Below, piece after piece: positions 9,457 through 19,927 of a DNA stretch of 64,000 nucleotides. Positions within the stretch are counted from its first letter, which is position 1. Each line of letters opens with the position of its first letter. The DNA comes from Bacteroidales bacterium. GTDB lineage: Bacteria; Bacteroidota; Bacteroidia; Bacteroidales; UBA4417. Both the position numbers and the translations under genes were made by a program. The notes under the pieces were generated by a model. It had not been told where the DNA came from and made no database searches. It worked only from the letters and a program-made list of their open reading frames with translations. The DNA lies in the NCBI GenBank assembly GCA_038204995.1, contig JBBRCH010000008.1:18077-82076 (forward strand), written 5' to 3'.

Positions 9457-11295
9457 CTAAAGCATTTCGTTAAACTTATCTACCAGCTCGGTGACCGTAA
9501 ACGGAAGCCCCATAACTTTATTAAATTGGCTGTATTTATAATCGGGTTCTTTCATTCTCAGGAAGTTAACAAACTGCCCGCTATTAAGTTCACACACGAT
9601 TATTTTATTGAATCCTGCCAGTACCTCATGCGTATTCTTGGGTAAAGGCATGATATGATTGAAGTGAGCCAGGCTTATACTTTTCCCTTGTTTCTGCAAT
9701 TCTTCAACAGCAGCAAGCGTTGTTCCCCCTGTTCCTCCCCAACTTACTACCAGGACATCCCCTTTTTTAGCTCCTGATATTTCCTGAAAAGGAATAAAAT
9801 CAGCTATTTTCTGAACCTTGGCTTCACGCAAATCAGTCATGATCTGGTGATTCATCGGATCAGTACTTACATTGCCTGTAATATTTTCTTTCTCCAGGCC
9901 ACCAATCCGGTGCCTTAAACCTTCAGTTCCGGGGATTGCCCACTGTCGTACAAATGTTTCCGGATTCCGGCGATAGGGTTTGTAGTCTTTATCATTGGGC
10001 TCAGCCATTGGAGGTGTAATGGATGGAAGGTCAGCAACTTTAGGTATGCGGAACAACTGTGATCCATTTCCGATTGATCCATCGGTGAGCAAAATAACCG
10101 GCGTCATGTGTTCCATCGCTATTTTAGCCGACTCGTAAGCATATTTAAAACAATCGGCTGGGGTTGAAGCGGCAATTACGACAGCAGGAGCCTCACCGTT
10201 TCGTCCGAATATAGCCTGCATCAGGTCACTTTGTTCACTCTTGGTCGGTAAGCCGGTCGAAGGGCCTCCACGCTGAACATTTACGATAACCAATGGCAAT
10301 TCAGTCATCACTGCCAGGCCGATAGCTTCGCTTTTCAACGATAGGCCCGGGCCCGATGTTGTTGTAAGAGCCAGTGAGCCGGCATAACTTGCACCTATAG
10401 CCGAACAAATACCTGCAATTTCGTCTTCAGCCTGGAATACTTTTGCGCCCAGCGATTTATGTCTCGCCAGTTCAATCAGAATTTCAGTAGCCGGGGTTAT
10501 AGGATACGATCCCAGGAATAACGGCCTGCCCGAACGTTCAGACGCTGCAAGGAAACCCCATGCTGTAGCAACATTGCCTGTAATATTACGGTAGTGACCG
10601 GCGGGCATTTTTGCCTTGGCTATATGATACGTTGAGCCCAGGGTTTCAACAGTGTCGGCATAACTGTAACCGGTTTCGAGTACCAGTTTGTTAGCCTCAA
10701 TCATTGCCGGTTTCTTTTTGAACTTAGTCTTGAAATATTTAACCGTTGAATCCAGTTTCCAGCTGAAAATATGATATATGATACCCAGGGTAAAGACATT
10801 TCGTGTACGATCAGCAGTTTTATTATCGATGCCCAGTGGTAGTAAAGCATTGCGCGTAAGCATAGTAACAGGCGCTTTCACCAGGTTATACCCATTTAGG
10901 CTATTATCTTCAAGCGGGCTGGTTTCATATCCTGCTTTTTTACAGGTTACCTCATCAAATAAATCAGCATCCACAATAATGGTTGCGCCGGGGCGTGCCC
11001 ATTTCAGGTTCGATTTTAAAGACGCCGGGTTCATCGCAACAAGAATATCAACGAAATCACCTGAAGTATCAATTTTCTTTTTGCCTACATGCACCTGGAA
11101 TCCGGAAACACCGGCTACGGTGTTGTGCGGGGCACGAATTTCGGCAGGATAGTCTGGGAATGTAGCCAGGTCGAGGCCCTGAAGTGCAGCTGCATCACTG
11201 AAAAGTGTACCAGCCAGCTGCATACCATCGCCTGAATCGCCACAAAATTTTACAACAACATCTTCTTTCTCGATGAAGTTTGTTTGGTCGCTCAT
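9457..11295 (-). CDS. korA: 2-oxoacid:ferredoxin oxidoreductase alpha subunit
   Basis: GDSGDGMQ, YPAEIRAP, YPITPA, QAEDE and QRGGPSTGLPT motifs; start moved to ATG 11295, downstream of the TACCTTTG promoter. Confidence 0.93.
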   Translation of the reverse strand: MSDQTNFIEKEDVVVKFCGDSGDGMQLAGTLFSDAAALQGLDLATFPDYPAEIRAPHNTVAGVSGFQVHVGKKKIDTSGDFVDILVAMNPASLKSNLKWARPGATIIVDADLFDEVTCKKAGYETSPLEDNSLNGYNLVKAPVTMLTRNALLPLGIDNKTADRTRNVFTLGIIYHIFSWKLDSTVKYFKTKFKKKPAMIEANKLVLETGYSYADTVETLGSTYHIAKAKMPAGHYRNITGNVATAWGFLAASERSGRPLFLGSYPITPATEILIELARHKSLGAKVFQAEDEIAGICSAIGASYAGSLALTTTSGPGLSLKSEAIGLAVMTELPLVIVNVQRGGPSTGLPTKSEQSDLMQAIFGRNGEAPAVVIAASTPADCFKYAYESAKIAMEHMTPVILLTDGSIGNGSQLFRIPKVADLPSITPPMAEPNDKDYKPYRRNPETFVRQWAIPGTEGLRHRIGGLEKENITGNVSTDPMNHQIMTDLREAKVQKIADFIPFQEISGAKKGDVLVVSWGGTGGTTLAAVEELQKQGKSISLAHFNHIMPLPKNTHEVLAGFNKIIVCELNSGQFVNFLRMKEPDYKYSQFNKVMGLPFTVTELVDKFNEML

Positions 11296-11325
11296 GCTTT
11301 TGTTTTTTTTGAATGAATAACGGTG

Positions 11326-11333
11326 CAAAGGTA
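11326..11333 (-). promoter_or_regulatory. -7 promoter element for korAB
   Basis: TACCTTTG on the minus strand, 30 bp upstream of the ATG. Confidence 0.6.
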
Positions 11334-11538
11334 TAAGTTTTTAACAGACCGAAAGTTTAAAATCTTATTTATATGAATTCTAAAAAGGCTAAAATATGCA
11401 TATATATTTATTTGTATACCAGTCCTTTAAAAAATCAAAATGTGCCTTGTTCACAAATATTTTTTAAAATCGGGACGTAAAAGCCGAGAAAAAGCCTCTA
11501 AATAATTATTTAACCCTCTTGATCACAAGAATACTGCT

Positions 11539-11546
11539 TATATTTG
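11539..11546 (+). promoter_or_regulatory. -7 promoter element for ferredoxin
   Basis: TATATTTG 26 bp upstream of ATG 11573. Confidence 0.6.
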
Positions 11547-11572
11547 CAGCGATAATTTTAAACTTCTTAAAA

Positions 11573-11740
11573 ATGGCTTACGTAATTTCTGACGACTGCA
11601 CCGCTTGCGGAACTTGCATTGATGAGTGCCCTGTTGAAGCAATCACCGAAGGTGATATCTACAAAATCGACGCTGATATCTGCACCGATTGCGGCTCCTG
11701 CGCTGATGTTTGTCCGGTTGAAGCAATTTCACCTGCATAA
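11573..11740 (+). CDS. 2x[4Fe-4S] ferredoxin (55 aa)
   Basis: Two CxxCxxCxxxCP motifs; MAYVI start typical of the family. Confidence 0.95.
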   Translation: MAYVISDDCTACGTCIDECPVEAITEGDIYKIDADICTDCGSCADVCPVEAISPA

Positions 11741-11766
11741 TTTCACCAGATTCAAGCAAAATTAAT

Positions 11767-11798
11767 AAAGCCTGTTCAATGAGAGCAGGCTTTTTTTT
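11767..11798 (+). terminator. Rho-independent terminator after ferredoxin
   Basis: AAAGCCTGTTC-aatga-GAGCAGGCTTTTTTTT. Confidence 0.85.
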
Positions 11799-11933
11799 GC
11801 TCAACATTCCATTCAGGTGCCTTATTAACCAAATGATAGTGGTAATTTTAATTTATCACCTTACGCTGAATTGCTATTTTTATTAATTTTATTCGATTGT
11901 TCAATTATAATATTAACCCTTATTTATGATGCC

Positions 11934-13331
11934 ATGAAAATCTTTATTTCAGTATTGCTCGCATTGTATCCCATTCTTCTCAATGCACAACTCTTCGAAT
12001 GGATGCCCAACACACCCCTGACAGATTCGTCTCACTTCAACCGTAACGCATGTTTAGTTCAAGAATATCCCGATAGAATCATATTTTTTGATCAGGAAAC
12101 AGATGCAACTACAACACAATTATGTTATCGTGTTATTACGCCTGCAATTGGGAATGTTACCGTCGCACTTTCGGTTGCAGGAGTTGAACTTACCCATCCT
12201 AAAGTGTTTGGACAGGATTATTTTTCTACAGCCACAAAGGTGTTTTACCAAACAAATGAAGGATCAGATATTGATCTTAAGTATTTTACATTTTCGAACT
12301 TTAGTATTTCTGATTCCAAACTATTAGCTGATCTGCCAGGTGATGATATTAACCTGGTTGCCGGCTATTCAGGTACGGTAGCCTGGGAAAACAGCGGCAA
12401 AATATGGGTTTCGCAGTATATTCAATCAACTGACAGCTACACAACTCCTTTTGCTGTTGATTCGGCAGGGGCCTATTCGCCGGCTTTCTCCGATAAGCTT
12501 AATTATTTGAAAACATACGGTGACAGCACATTGGTAATTTCAGTCTATATCCAATACAACCAGGGTATTTGGCAGTTCAGTGACAGGAGTTCGAGATCTT
12601 TCCCCGGCAGCTGTTCGTCCCTGGTTTCTATTTCTCCCTTTTACTGGGAAAACTCTATGTGTATGGAAAATAAAATTGGTACAAACCCTACGGGTCTGAT
12701 TTTGTTTGGAAATGAGAGTACCCAGACACAATACCTGAATTCGGGCCTCTATAATTTCACGGAACCCGCCATACATGATTATAAGATCGGGGTAAAAGGT
12801 GGTTTCTTTTTTTTATCGTATGTATCGGATTCATTAGCTCAGGATGAAGTCTATACTGAAACCCCGTGGGGATATGAAGGAAGACAAAATATTTCGCAAT
12901 GGCCCGGTGACGACCGTAATCCTGAATTTTTTGAAAGTTATGCAGAAGAACAAGGCATGACAATCCGCGTATATCTTTTCTGGGAGTCGGAACGACAGGG
13001 ATTTAGTACCATCTACAGCACTTACCTCGAATATCCTTTCGGAGCAATTGATGACAAATCAAAAAACAAAAGCCTTACGGTATTTCCCTGCCCTTTCGAT
13101 AAGAAAACAACCATTACTTATGCGTCGGCACTCAAAACCACTTTAAGGATCGTTGACTTGCTGGGGCATGAAATCAAATCCTTAAGCCCTCATTTTATTG
13201 ATCAGGGTCTGCAACAGGCATTATGGGATGGCACTAACAATCGCGGTGAGTCAGTACCCGCAGGATGTTATGTGGTTGTTGCCACCACAAGTACCGTGAG
13301 CCTGAGTGCTTTAATACTCAGGAACCATTAA
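11934..13331 (+). CDS. Secreted protein with T9SS type A / FlgD-Ig-like C-terminal domain
   Basis: Signal peptide MKIFIS...LNA|Q; C-terminus VFPCPF...IVDLLG...WDGTNNRGESVPAGCYVV. Confidence 0.75.
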   Translation: MKIFISVLLALYPILLNAQLFEWMPNTPLTDSSHFNRNACLVQEYPDRIIFFDQETDATTTQLCYRVITPAIGNVTVALSVAGVELTHPKVFGQDYFSTATKVFYQTNEGSDIDLKYFTFSNFSISDSKLLADLPGDDINLVAGYSGTVAWENSGKIWVSQYIQSTDSYTTPFAVDSAGAYSPAFSDKLNYLKTYGDSTLVISVYIQYNQGIWQFSDRSSRSFPGSCSSLVSISPFYWENSMCMENKIGTNPTGLILFGNESTQTQYLNSGLYNFTEPAIHDYKIGVKGGFFFLSYVSDSLAQDEVYTETPWGYEGRQNISQWPGDDRNPEFFESYAEEQGMTIRVYLFWESERQGFSTIYSTYLEYPFGAIDDKSKNKSLTVFPCPFDKKTTITYASALKTTLRIVDLLGHEIKSLSPHFIDQGLQQALWDGTNNRGESVPAGCYVVVATTSTVSLSALILRNH

Positions 13332-13477
13332 AACAGCTATGGCTGGAATGAAGAAGGTTATTCCTCAATTGTTCTTGATCCGGACATAGTTTTAAGCCAG
13401 TGGCCTTTATTTGTTATTATTTTGCTAATTTTGGCTGAACATATCAAGCATGTAAACGTTTCTGATAAAAAACATAT

Positions 13478-16258
13478 ATGGATGAGTTATCCTTTCTGAG
13501 TAATGCCGAAAGCGAAACGATTGAGGAATTATACCGGCAGTACAAACAGAATCCTGAGAGTATTGAATTAGGCTGGCGTAGATTTTTCCAGGGATTTGAA
13601 TTCAGCGGAAAACTGATGCCACAGGCAGATATGAAACCCGATGAGTTTAAAGTAATCGATCTGATTAATGAATACCGCAAACGGGGACATTTATTTACTA
13701 AAACCAATCCGGTCCGCACACGCCGCAAATACTCCCCTACCCTACATATCGAAAATTTCGGTCTCACGGATGCCAATCTGGGAGAGGTTTTTAAAGCCGG
13801 CAGCGAAATAGGTATCGGGGATGCTACACTGGAAAACATTATTGAGCATCTCGAAAAAACATATTGCCTGAGTGTTGGGGTGGAATATGCTTATATCCGT
13901 CGTCCTGAAATCTATGAATGGCTTATGGCCCGGATGGAACATTCGCAAAACACTCCTGTTTTCAGTCGTGAAAAGAAATTGCATATTCTGAAAGAACTCA
14001 GCAGGGCAGTACTTTTCGAGAAATTTCTGCATAAAAAATATATTGGTCAGAAAAGATTTTCACTGGAGGGCTGCGAATCGCTTATTCCTGCTATCGATGC
14101 TATTATTAATAAAGGAGCCGAGGTCGGAATAAGTGAATTTATTATTGGAATGCCTCACCGCGGAAGACTTAACGTACTGGCAAATACGCTTGGGAAACCA
14201 TATCAGGATATCTTTAATGAATTTGAAGGAAAACTTCTGGAAGATGAATACATGATGGGTGACGTAAAGTATCATCTGGGTTATTCGTCGGAACGTACGA
14301 CCGCGGATGGCAAAATCCTGCAGCTTTCACTTGCCCCCAATCCTTCTCACCTCGAAGCAGTCGGGCCGGTGGTCGAAGGCATTACGCGTAGCAAAATAGA
14401 TAACGAATACAAAGGCGAATCGCAACATATTGTACCTATACTGATTCATGGTGACGCATCTATCGCCGGTCAGGGTGTGGTTTATGAGACATTGCAGATG
14501 TCAGAACTCAAAGGTTATACAACAGGAGGAACTATACACCTTGTGGTAAATAACCAGATAGGATTTACCACTAATTATCTTGATGCCCGAAGTTCAACGT
14601 ATTGTACTGATGTTGCCAAAACCACTCAATGCCCTGTTTTTCATGTAAATGCCGATGATGTAGAGGCTGTCGTTTATTCTATGGAACTTGCCATTGAATT
14701 CCAGCAACGATTTCATAAGGATGTTTTTATAGATTTACTGAGTTACCGGAAATATGGACATAACGAAGGTGATGAGCCCCGTTTTACCCAGCCCATTTTA
14801 TATAAAATCATAGAAAAACATGATGACCCGCGTGTGATTTATGTAAACAAACTGGTTGTACAAGGCTCTATAACTTCTGAAGAAGCTGTTGAAATTGAGA
14901 ACTCTTTCCTTGCTGAACTGGAACAGGACCTGCTTGATTCGAAGGGAGATGAGAAAGCTCGGGTAATTACTTTTCTCGAAGATGCCTGGCACAAACTTCG
15001 TCCGGCTACCGAAGAAGATTTTCTCAAACCAGTTGACACCAGTGTAAAATTCGATCTGCTGCTGGAACTCACCCAAAAAATAACAGAGCTTCCTAACGGA
15101 AAACCATTTTTCAAAAAACTTGTCAGGCTAATGAATGAACGCAGAACCATGTTTACTGAAAATGGAACTGTTGATTGGGCCATGGGCGAGCTGCTTGCAT
15201 ATGCATCCTTGCTTGAAGAGGGGATTCCGGTACGTGTGAGCGGGCAGGATTCGGAGCGGGGTACTTTTTCGCACCGTCATGCAGTGCTGACCATGGAAGA
15301 TTCTGAAGAAAAATACACGCCTTTGCAAAATATCAGCGAAAAGCAGGCTCCTTTCCAGATTTATAATTCACCGCTCTCGGAATATGGCGTGCTCGGCTTT
15401 GAATACGGTTATTCACTCGCTTCACCGTTTTCGCTTACCATTTGGGAAGCACAGTTTGGTGACTTTATGAATGGCGCCCAAATTATTATTGACCAGTATG
15501 TTGTAAGTGCCGAGGAAAAATGGCGGGTTATGAACTCACTCGTAATGCTGCTTCCGCATGGATATGAAGGACAGGGCCCGGAGCACTCAAGCGGACGTAT
15601 GGAACGATTCCTGCAACAATGTGCTGAAAATAACATACAGGTTGCCAATTGTACTACGCCGGCTAATTTCTTTCACTTGCTGCGCCGCCAGGTACACCGC
15701 GAATTCCGCAAACCATTGATCGTGTTTACTCCTAAAAGCCTGCTGAGGCATCCCGAATGTATTTCACCGGTTGCAGCCCTTTCCAAAGGCTCTTTCGAAG
15801 AAGTAATAGATGATGATACTGCCAATCCAGGTGAAATAACCCGTGTAAATTTCTGTAACGGAAAAGTTTACTATGATCTGATAGCCGAGCGCCGTAAACG
15901 GGGACATAACGATATAGCATTTGTGCGTATCGAGCAGCTTTATCCATTCCCTCTGCTTCAGTTACAGGAAATAATAAAAAAGTATCCGAATGCAACCACT
16001 TTTGCATGGGTACAGGAAGAACCAGCCAATATGGGTGCATGGTCATTTATTCTTCGTCATTTCAGAGGTATAAAACTGCTGTTGGTTGCACGACCCGAAA
16101 GCGGGAGCCCTTCAACGGGCTCTCCAAAACTGCATATTCAGCGTCAGGCGAAAATTATTGATAAAGCCTTTGGAGATTGTACCTGCGAAAACCGGAATAA
16201 AACCTGCAAAATGCTGTGTGCTCCGAAGGAATGGAAAGCATTGGAACAGACTAAATAA
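13478..16258 (+). CDS. sucA: 2-oxoglutarate dehydrogenase E1
   Basis: KRFSLEG, GMPHRGRLN, GDVKYHLG, HGDA..AGQG, RGTFSHRH, WEAQFGDF and GPEHSSGR motifs. Confidence 0.97.
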   Translation: MDELSFLSNAESETIEELYRQYKQNPESIELGWRRFFQGFEFSGKLMPQADMKPDEFKVIDLINEYRKRGHLFTKTNPVRTRRKYSPTLHIENFGLTDANLGEVFKAGSEIGIGDATLENIIEHLEKTYCLSVGVEYAYIRRPEIYEWLMARMEHSQNTPVFSREKKLHILKELSRAVLFEKFLHKKYIGQKRFSLEGCESLIPAIDAIINKGAEVGISEFIIGMPHRGRLNVLANTLGKPYQDIFNEFEGKLLEDEYMMGDVKYHLGYSSERTTADGKILQLSLAPNPSHLEAVGPVVEGITRSKIDNEYKGESQHIVPILIHGDASIAGQGVVYETLQMSELKGYTTGGTIHLVVNNQIGFTTNYLDARSSTYCTDVAKTTQCPVFHVNADDVEAVVYSMELAIEFQQRFHKDVFIDLLSYRKYGHNEGDEPRFTQPILYKIIEKHDDPRVIYVNKLVVQGSITSEEAVEIENSFLAELEQDLLDSKGDEKARVITFLEDAWHKLRPATEEDFLKPVDTSVKFDLLLELTQKITELPNGKPFFKKLVRLMNERRTMFTENGTVDWAMGELLAYASLLEEGIPVRVSGQDSERGTFSHRHAVLTMEDSEEKYTPLQNISEKQAPFQIYNSPLSEYGVLGFEYGYSLASPFSLTIWEAQFGDFMNGAQIIIDQYVVSAEEKWRVMNSLVMLLPHGYEGQGPEHSSGRMERFLQQCAENNIQVANCTTPANFFHLLRRQVHREFRKPLIVFTPKSLLRHPECISPVAALSKGSFEEVIDDDTANPGEITRVNFCNGKVYYDLIAERRKRGHNDIAFVRIEQLYPFPLLQLQEIIKKYPNATTFAWVQEEPANMGAWSFILRHFRGIKLLLVARPESGSPSTGSPKLHIQRQAKIIDKAFGDCTCENRNKTCKMLCAPKEWKALEQTK

Positions 16259-16271
16259 GAATTGTCTTAAT

Positions 16272-16391
16272 TGCCTATAATACTTAGAGTAATTAAAGCA
16301 AGTCTTGCACGTAAGAGAATTGATCTTTCAACAACAAAGCAAGGGAACATCGAAACAATTAAATCAAGAATAGGAATAAGTATTATAGGCA
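16272..16391. repeat. Perfect 15-bp inverted repeat with 90-bp spacer
   Basis: TGCCTATAATACTTA (16272-16286) and TAAGTATTATAGGCA (16377-16391). Confidence 0.85.
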
Positions 16392-16453
16392 CTCCAAACT
16401 TTAGTCAATTTAGACACTTTTATCAGACATAAAGAATTTAGAACACATAATCC

Positions 16454-17701
16454 ATGATAATAGAAATAAAAGCACCTACTCCCGGCGAATCAATTACAGA
16501 AGTTCAGATTGCGAACTGGCTTGTGAAAAACGGTGATTACGTGGTTAAAGATGCTGAAATAGCAGAAATTGATTCTGACAAGGCTACACTTACTGTTAAT
16601 GCCGAAGCGGCCGGTACGGTTTCAATACTCGTCGAAGCAGGTGAAACTGTAAGTATAGGTACTATCATTGCAACTATTGACAGCGATGCCAAAGCACCCG
16701 AAGGATTTTCAGCAGAAGCTGCACAAACGAAAGCAGAAGCTGTAAAACCGGTTGTAACGGAAACAAAACAGGTCTCAACTCCTGCAGCTGACGACGCGGA
16801 AGTAAAAATCACACCCCTTGCACGTAAAATGATGGAGGAGAAACAACTTACCGGCCGCGAGGTGCTTGAACAACTTGGTCATACACGCATTACCCGCCAG
16901 GATGTGATGAATGCCAGTTCAGGAAAAGTTGAATTCACTGAGAGAATACAATCTGTAGCTGCAGAAAATTCACGTGAAGTTGAGCGTAAAAAAATGTCGA
17001 CTTTACGCATCAAACTTGCCCAGCGCCTGGTAAGTGTTAAAAATGAAACAGCCATGCTCACCACCTTTAACGAGGTGAATATGAGCCAGATTCTGAGTCT
17101 GAAAAAACAATATAGCGAAAAGTTTAAGGAACAATTCGGAGTTGGCATCGGGTTTATGTCGTTTTTCACAAAGGCAATTACGATCGCCTTGACTAAATTC
17201 CCACAGGTAAATGCCATGATTGACGGCGACGAACTTATTTTCCATAAGTATGCTGATATAGGTATTGCTGTAAGTGCTCCCAAAGGACTGGTGGTGCCTG
17301 TAATCCGCAATGCCGAATCACTTTCGCTTGCACAGATCGAAATACACATTAAGGAACTTGCCGGCAAAGCCCGCGAAAATAAGATTACACTCGAAGAAAT
17401 GACCGGCGGTACTTTTACTATTACCAATGGCGGAGTGTTCGGTTCCATGATGTCGACACCCATCCTGAATCCACCACAGAGCGCCATTCTCGGAATGCAC
17501 AATATCATTGAAAGACCAATTGCTGTCAACGGACAGGTTGTGGTTGCTCCTATGATGTATGTTGCTTTATCGTATGATCATCGGGTAATTGACGGCAAAG
17601 AGTCCGTAAGTTTCCTGGTAATGGTTAAAGAGCTACTCGAAAACCCGGCTAAAATGTTGTTTGAAGGAAACGACCCGGTGAAGGTGTTGCTGGGGTTGTA
17701 A
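16454..17701 (+). CDS. sucB: Dihydrolipoyllysine succinyltransferase E2
   Basis: Lipoyl domain [25 protein letters not shown] and DHRVIDG motifs. Confidence 0.97.
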   Translation: MIIEIKAPTPGESITEVQIANWLVKNGDYVVKDAEIAEIDSDKATLTVNAEAAGTVSILVEAGETVSIGTIIATIDSDAKAPEGFSAEAAQTKAEAVKPVVTETKQVSTPAADDAEVKITPLARKMMEEKQLTGREVLEQLGHTRITRQDVMNASSGKVEFTERIQSVAAENSREVERKKMSTLRIKLAQRLVSVKNETAMLTTFNEVNMSQILSLKKQYSEKFKEQFGVGIGFMSFFTKAITIALTKFPQVNAMIDGDELIFHKYADIGIAVSAPKGLVVPVIRNAESLSLAQIEIHIKELAGKARENKITLEEMTGGTFTITNGGVFGSMMSTPILNPPQSAILGMHNIIERPIAVNGQVVVAPMMYVALSYDHRVIDGKESVSFLVMVKELLENPAKMLFEGNDPVKVLLGL

Positions 17702-17751
17702 CATTATAGTCAGAGTGGACTTTATGTCTCACGCTGACATGCACAAAAAAC

Positions 17752-17784
17752 AAATCCTGCCAAAGTTAAATTTTGGCAGGATTT
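17752..17784. terminator. Probably bidirectional terminator between convergent sucB and DUF4139 genes
   Basis: AAATCCTGCCAAA-gttaaat-TTTGGCAGGATTT. Confidence 0.75.
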
Positions 17785-17896
17785 TCAATTTTTATAAATT
17801 TTAATTCTTAACCAATGAAGTGGAAACAGAGTATCAAGGGGGAAGGTAGTGGAACCGTACTTGAAAAATAATACTTGAAGCAACAGTCAGTAGGCA

Positions 17897-19792
17897 CTAT
17901 TCTATCGAGAGAATCCTATCCTTCGGGTACTTTACTGCATACCTGAATTTCAGTTTCTTCAACTGGCCGGGATCAAGTGTCACTTCCCACCTCAGCATTC
18001 CTGTTTCCTTATCCACTCCTGCTCCCCCGTCCTCTGCAAGATCCACCTCTATGTCTTTTTCCTTGCTTACCGGATATTGATCAAATACTATGAGGGTCAC
18101 TGGTTGTTTCTTGTTGTTCCGGAGGCTTATTTCCCAGGTGCGCTGAATCGTGCGGTTCGATCCCAGAAGCTGGCTTGTTGTGTAATCTTTTACCTTTTTC
18201 CGCTCAATCAAAATGGATTTATCCCTTCCAAGCGAAATATCCAGCGTATCGGTTGCCACGGATGCCGAAAGCCTGGTTTTGCCGGTGAAAGTGCCTTCAT
18301 AAAAAATACCTGCCGTAGCATCCAGCAGGTCATAATCCTGCCAGTTCATTACTTTGGCTACCAGGAATGCATCACGATCAAGCTTTGGAGTAACATGAAA
18401 TTCATAAACTGCCTTTATTGATTCACCGCCGATCACCAGGTTATATTCTTTACCATCAGAAGGCATATTCATGGGCATAGATATTGTATATTCTTTGACA
18501 GATCGAACCTGTTGCTGATTGCTGGATTCAATTATAAGATTTTGAGCCATGACGGGTGCCTCCTGTATTGGTTTCCTGGGAGAACTACCATAGCCCATCA
18601 CTACAATACCTTCCAATGGCATAGCTTCAGATTGCATTCCAATATTTATCACAGGGTTATCAATCCTTGTCGAAACGGCTTTCATACCAACAAAGGAATA
18701 CTGGACTTCGTTTCCATAAGAAGCATCAATGCTATATTTTCCATCTAAATCGGTAATAGCACCTCTTGATGTTCCTTTAATCAGAACAGTTGCACCTGGA
18801 ATGCCATATCCATCATCAAGTGAAAATACCCTGCCGGTCACCTTTCCGGTAAAAGTTGTTCCCGTAAACGGTTTTTCGATCACCGAACGATCGGGTTCGT
18901 TCCTGGTTTTATTACTCAGATTTAAATAACCGCCATAATTCCCTCCGATAAACCATGGAAAAAGCTTTGGCTCAGTTCCTGATTCATTCGGATTTCCGGT
19001 TGAAAGCGTAAGCTTAATATCTTTCCACTCTTCGCCTGAGTTCTGGGTGATTTTTGCCCGGCGTGATAATTCAAGAGGCTGCGAAATATTATCTAAACGA
19101 AGATCAAATTCAGGCTTCCACGAAGCCGTCCTGACCAGGTAGCTTAATTTGAATTTAGCCATCACCGGCCCCTTTGCCATCGCCTGCACTATAATTTCCC
19201 CGCTTGGCTTCACATTTTCTTTCGTAGTTTCACCCAATTGGTCATTAATCCTGTTAAGTTCTTCCCGGCTTATTTCTTCTTTCCTCGAAAGTGCCAGTTT
19301 CTTCTCCGACAATTCGGTAAACCGTGCCCTGAAAAAGTCTGCCGCTGATTTCAAATCAAGAGTAGTGGTGCCTTTATCGGGCGAACCAATCTTCTGGTTT
19401 GCCTTCAGCAGGTTTTCCTCGGTGACAATTACGCCCTGCTGAGCGGCCAGATCTTCCAGGAGAGTTTCGAGCTGTTTTTTCCTGGCCTTTATCGATTCTT
19501 CATCTTTAACGGTTTTCTGCGTTTTCAGATAATTGATCCGGCTATTTACCGAGATAATAGTGAAATCTCCTTCCCCGGTTAAACGGATAGTATTGGCATC
19601 AATGTTTTCGGATAATCCGGTAAAAGTGAGTTCCGTTATGCCTGCCTGAATGGTTTCCTGTGCCGTTCGTGTTACCTGCGCTCCCGAAAGGAACAAAGTA
19701 ACATCGGTAACTTTCGAATCAGGACTTTCTGTTTGCTGCGCAAAACATGATGCTGCAGACCCTAAGGCTAAAAGAAGAAGGATAATTTTCAT
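17897..19792 (-). CDS. DUF4139/DUF4140 (MuiA-like) protein with inserted CarboxypepD_reg-like domain
   Basis: VTLFLSGAQVTR, ASWKPEFDLR, ITQNSGEEW..LTLSTG; insert IPGATVLIKGTSRGAITDLDGKYSI; ends YAVKYPK. Confidence 0.85.
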   Translation of the reverse strand: MKIILLLLALGSAASCFAQQTESPDSKVTDVTLFLSGAQVTRTAQETIQAGITELTFTGLSENIDANTIRLTGEGDFTIISVNSRINYLKTQKTVKDEESIKARKKQLETLLEDLAAQQGVIVTEENLLKANQKIGSPDKGTTTLDLKSAADFFRARFTELSEKKLALSRKEEISREELNRINDQLGETTKENVKPSGEIIVQAMAKGPVMAKFKLSYLVRTASWKPEFDLRLDNISQPLELSRRAKITQNSGEEWKDIKLTLSTGNPNESGTEPKLFPWFIGGNYGGYLNLSNKTRNEPDRSVIEKPFTGTTFTGKVTGRVFSLDDGYGIPGATVLIKGTSRGAITDLDGKYSIDASYGNEVQYSFVGMKAVSTRIDNPVINIGMQSEAMPLEGIVVMGYGSSPRKPIQEAPVMAQNLIIESSNQQQVRSVKEYTISMPMNMPSDGKEYNLVIGGESIKAVYEFHVTPKLDRDAFLVAKVMNWQDYDLLDATAGIFYEGTFTGKTRLSASVATDTLDISLGRDKSILIERKKVKDYTTSQLLGSNRTIQRTWEISLRNNKKQPVTLIVFDQYPVSKEKDIEVDLAEDGGAGVDKETGMLRWEVTLDPGQLKKLKFRYAVKYPKDRILSIE

Positions 19793-19900
19793 AGATTAAG
19801 GTAGGATAAAAAGATGAATAACAGACTAATGATTTATGAGTAAAATTATGAGAAAAAGCCGAATAATCAGATGCCAGAATCAAACACGGCCGTTAATTGT

Positions 19901-19908
19901 TAAATTTG
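19901..19908 (+). promoter_or_regulatory. -7 promoter element for nadB
   Basis: TAAATTTG 19 bp upstream of ATG 19928. Confidence 0.6.
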
Positions 19909-19927
19909 CACTTTATTTAATTTAATT

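Noticed and set aside
16879..17529. Long antisense ORFs (e.g. 216 aa opposite sucB, 185 aa opposite DUF6089, 191 aa opposite the C69 peptidase)
   Set aside because: Shadow frames of well-supported genes on the other strand
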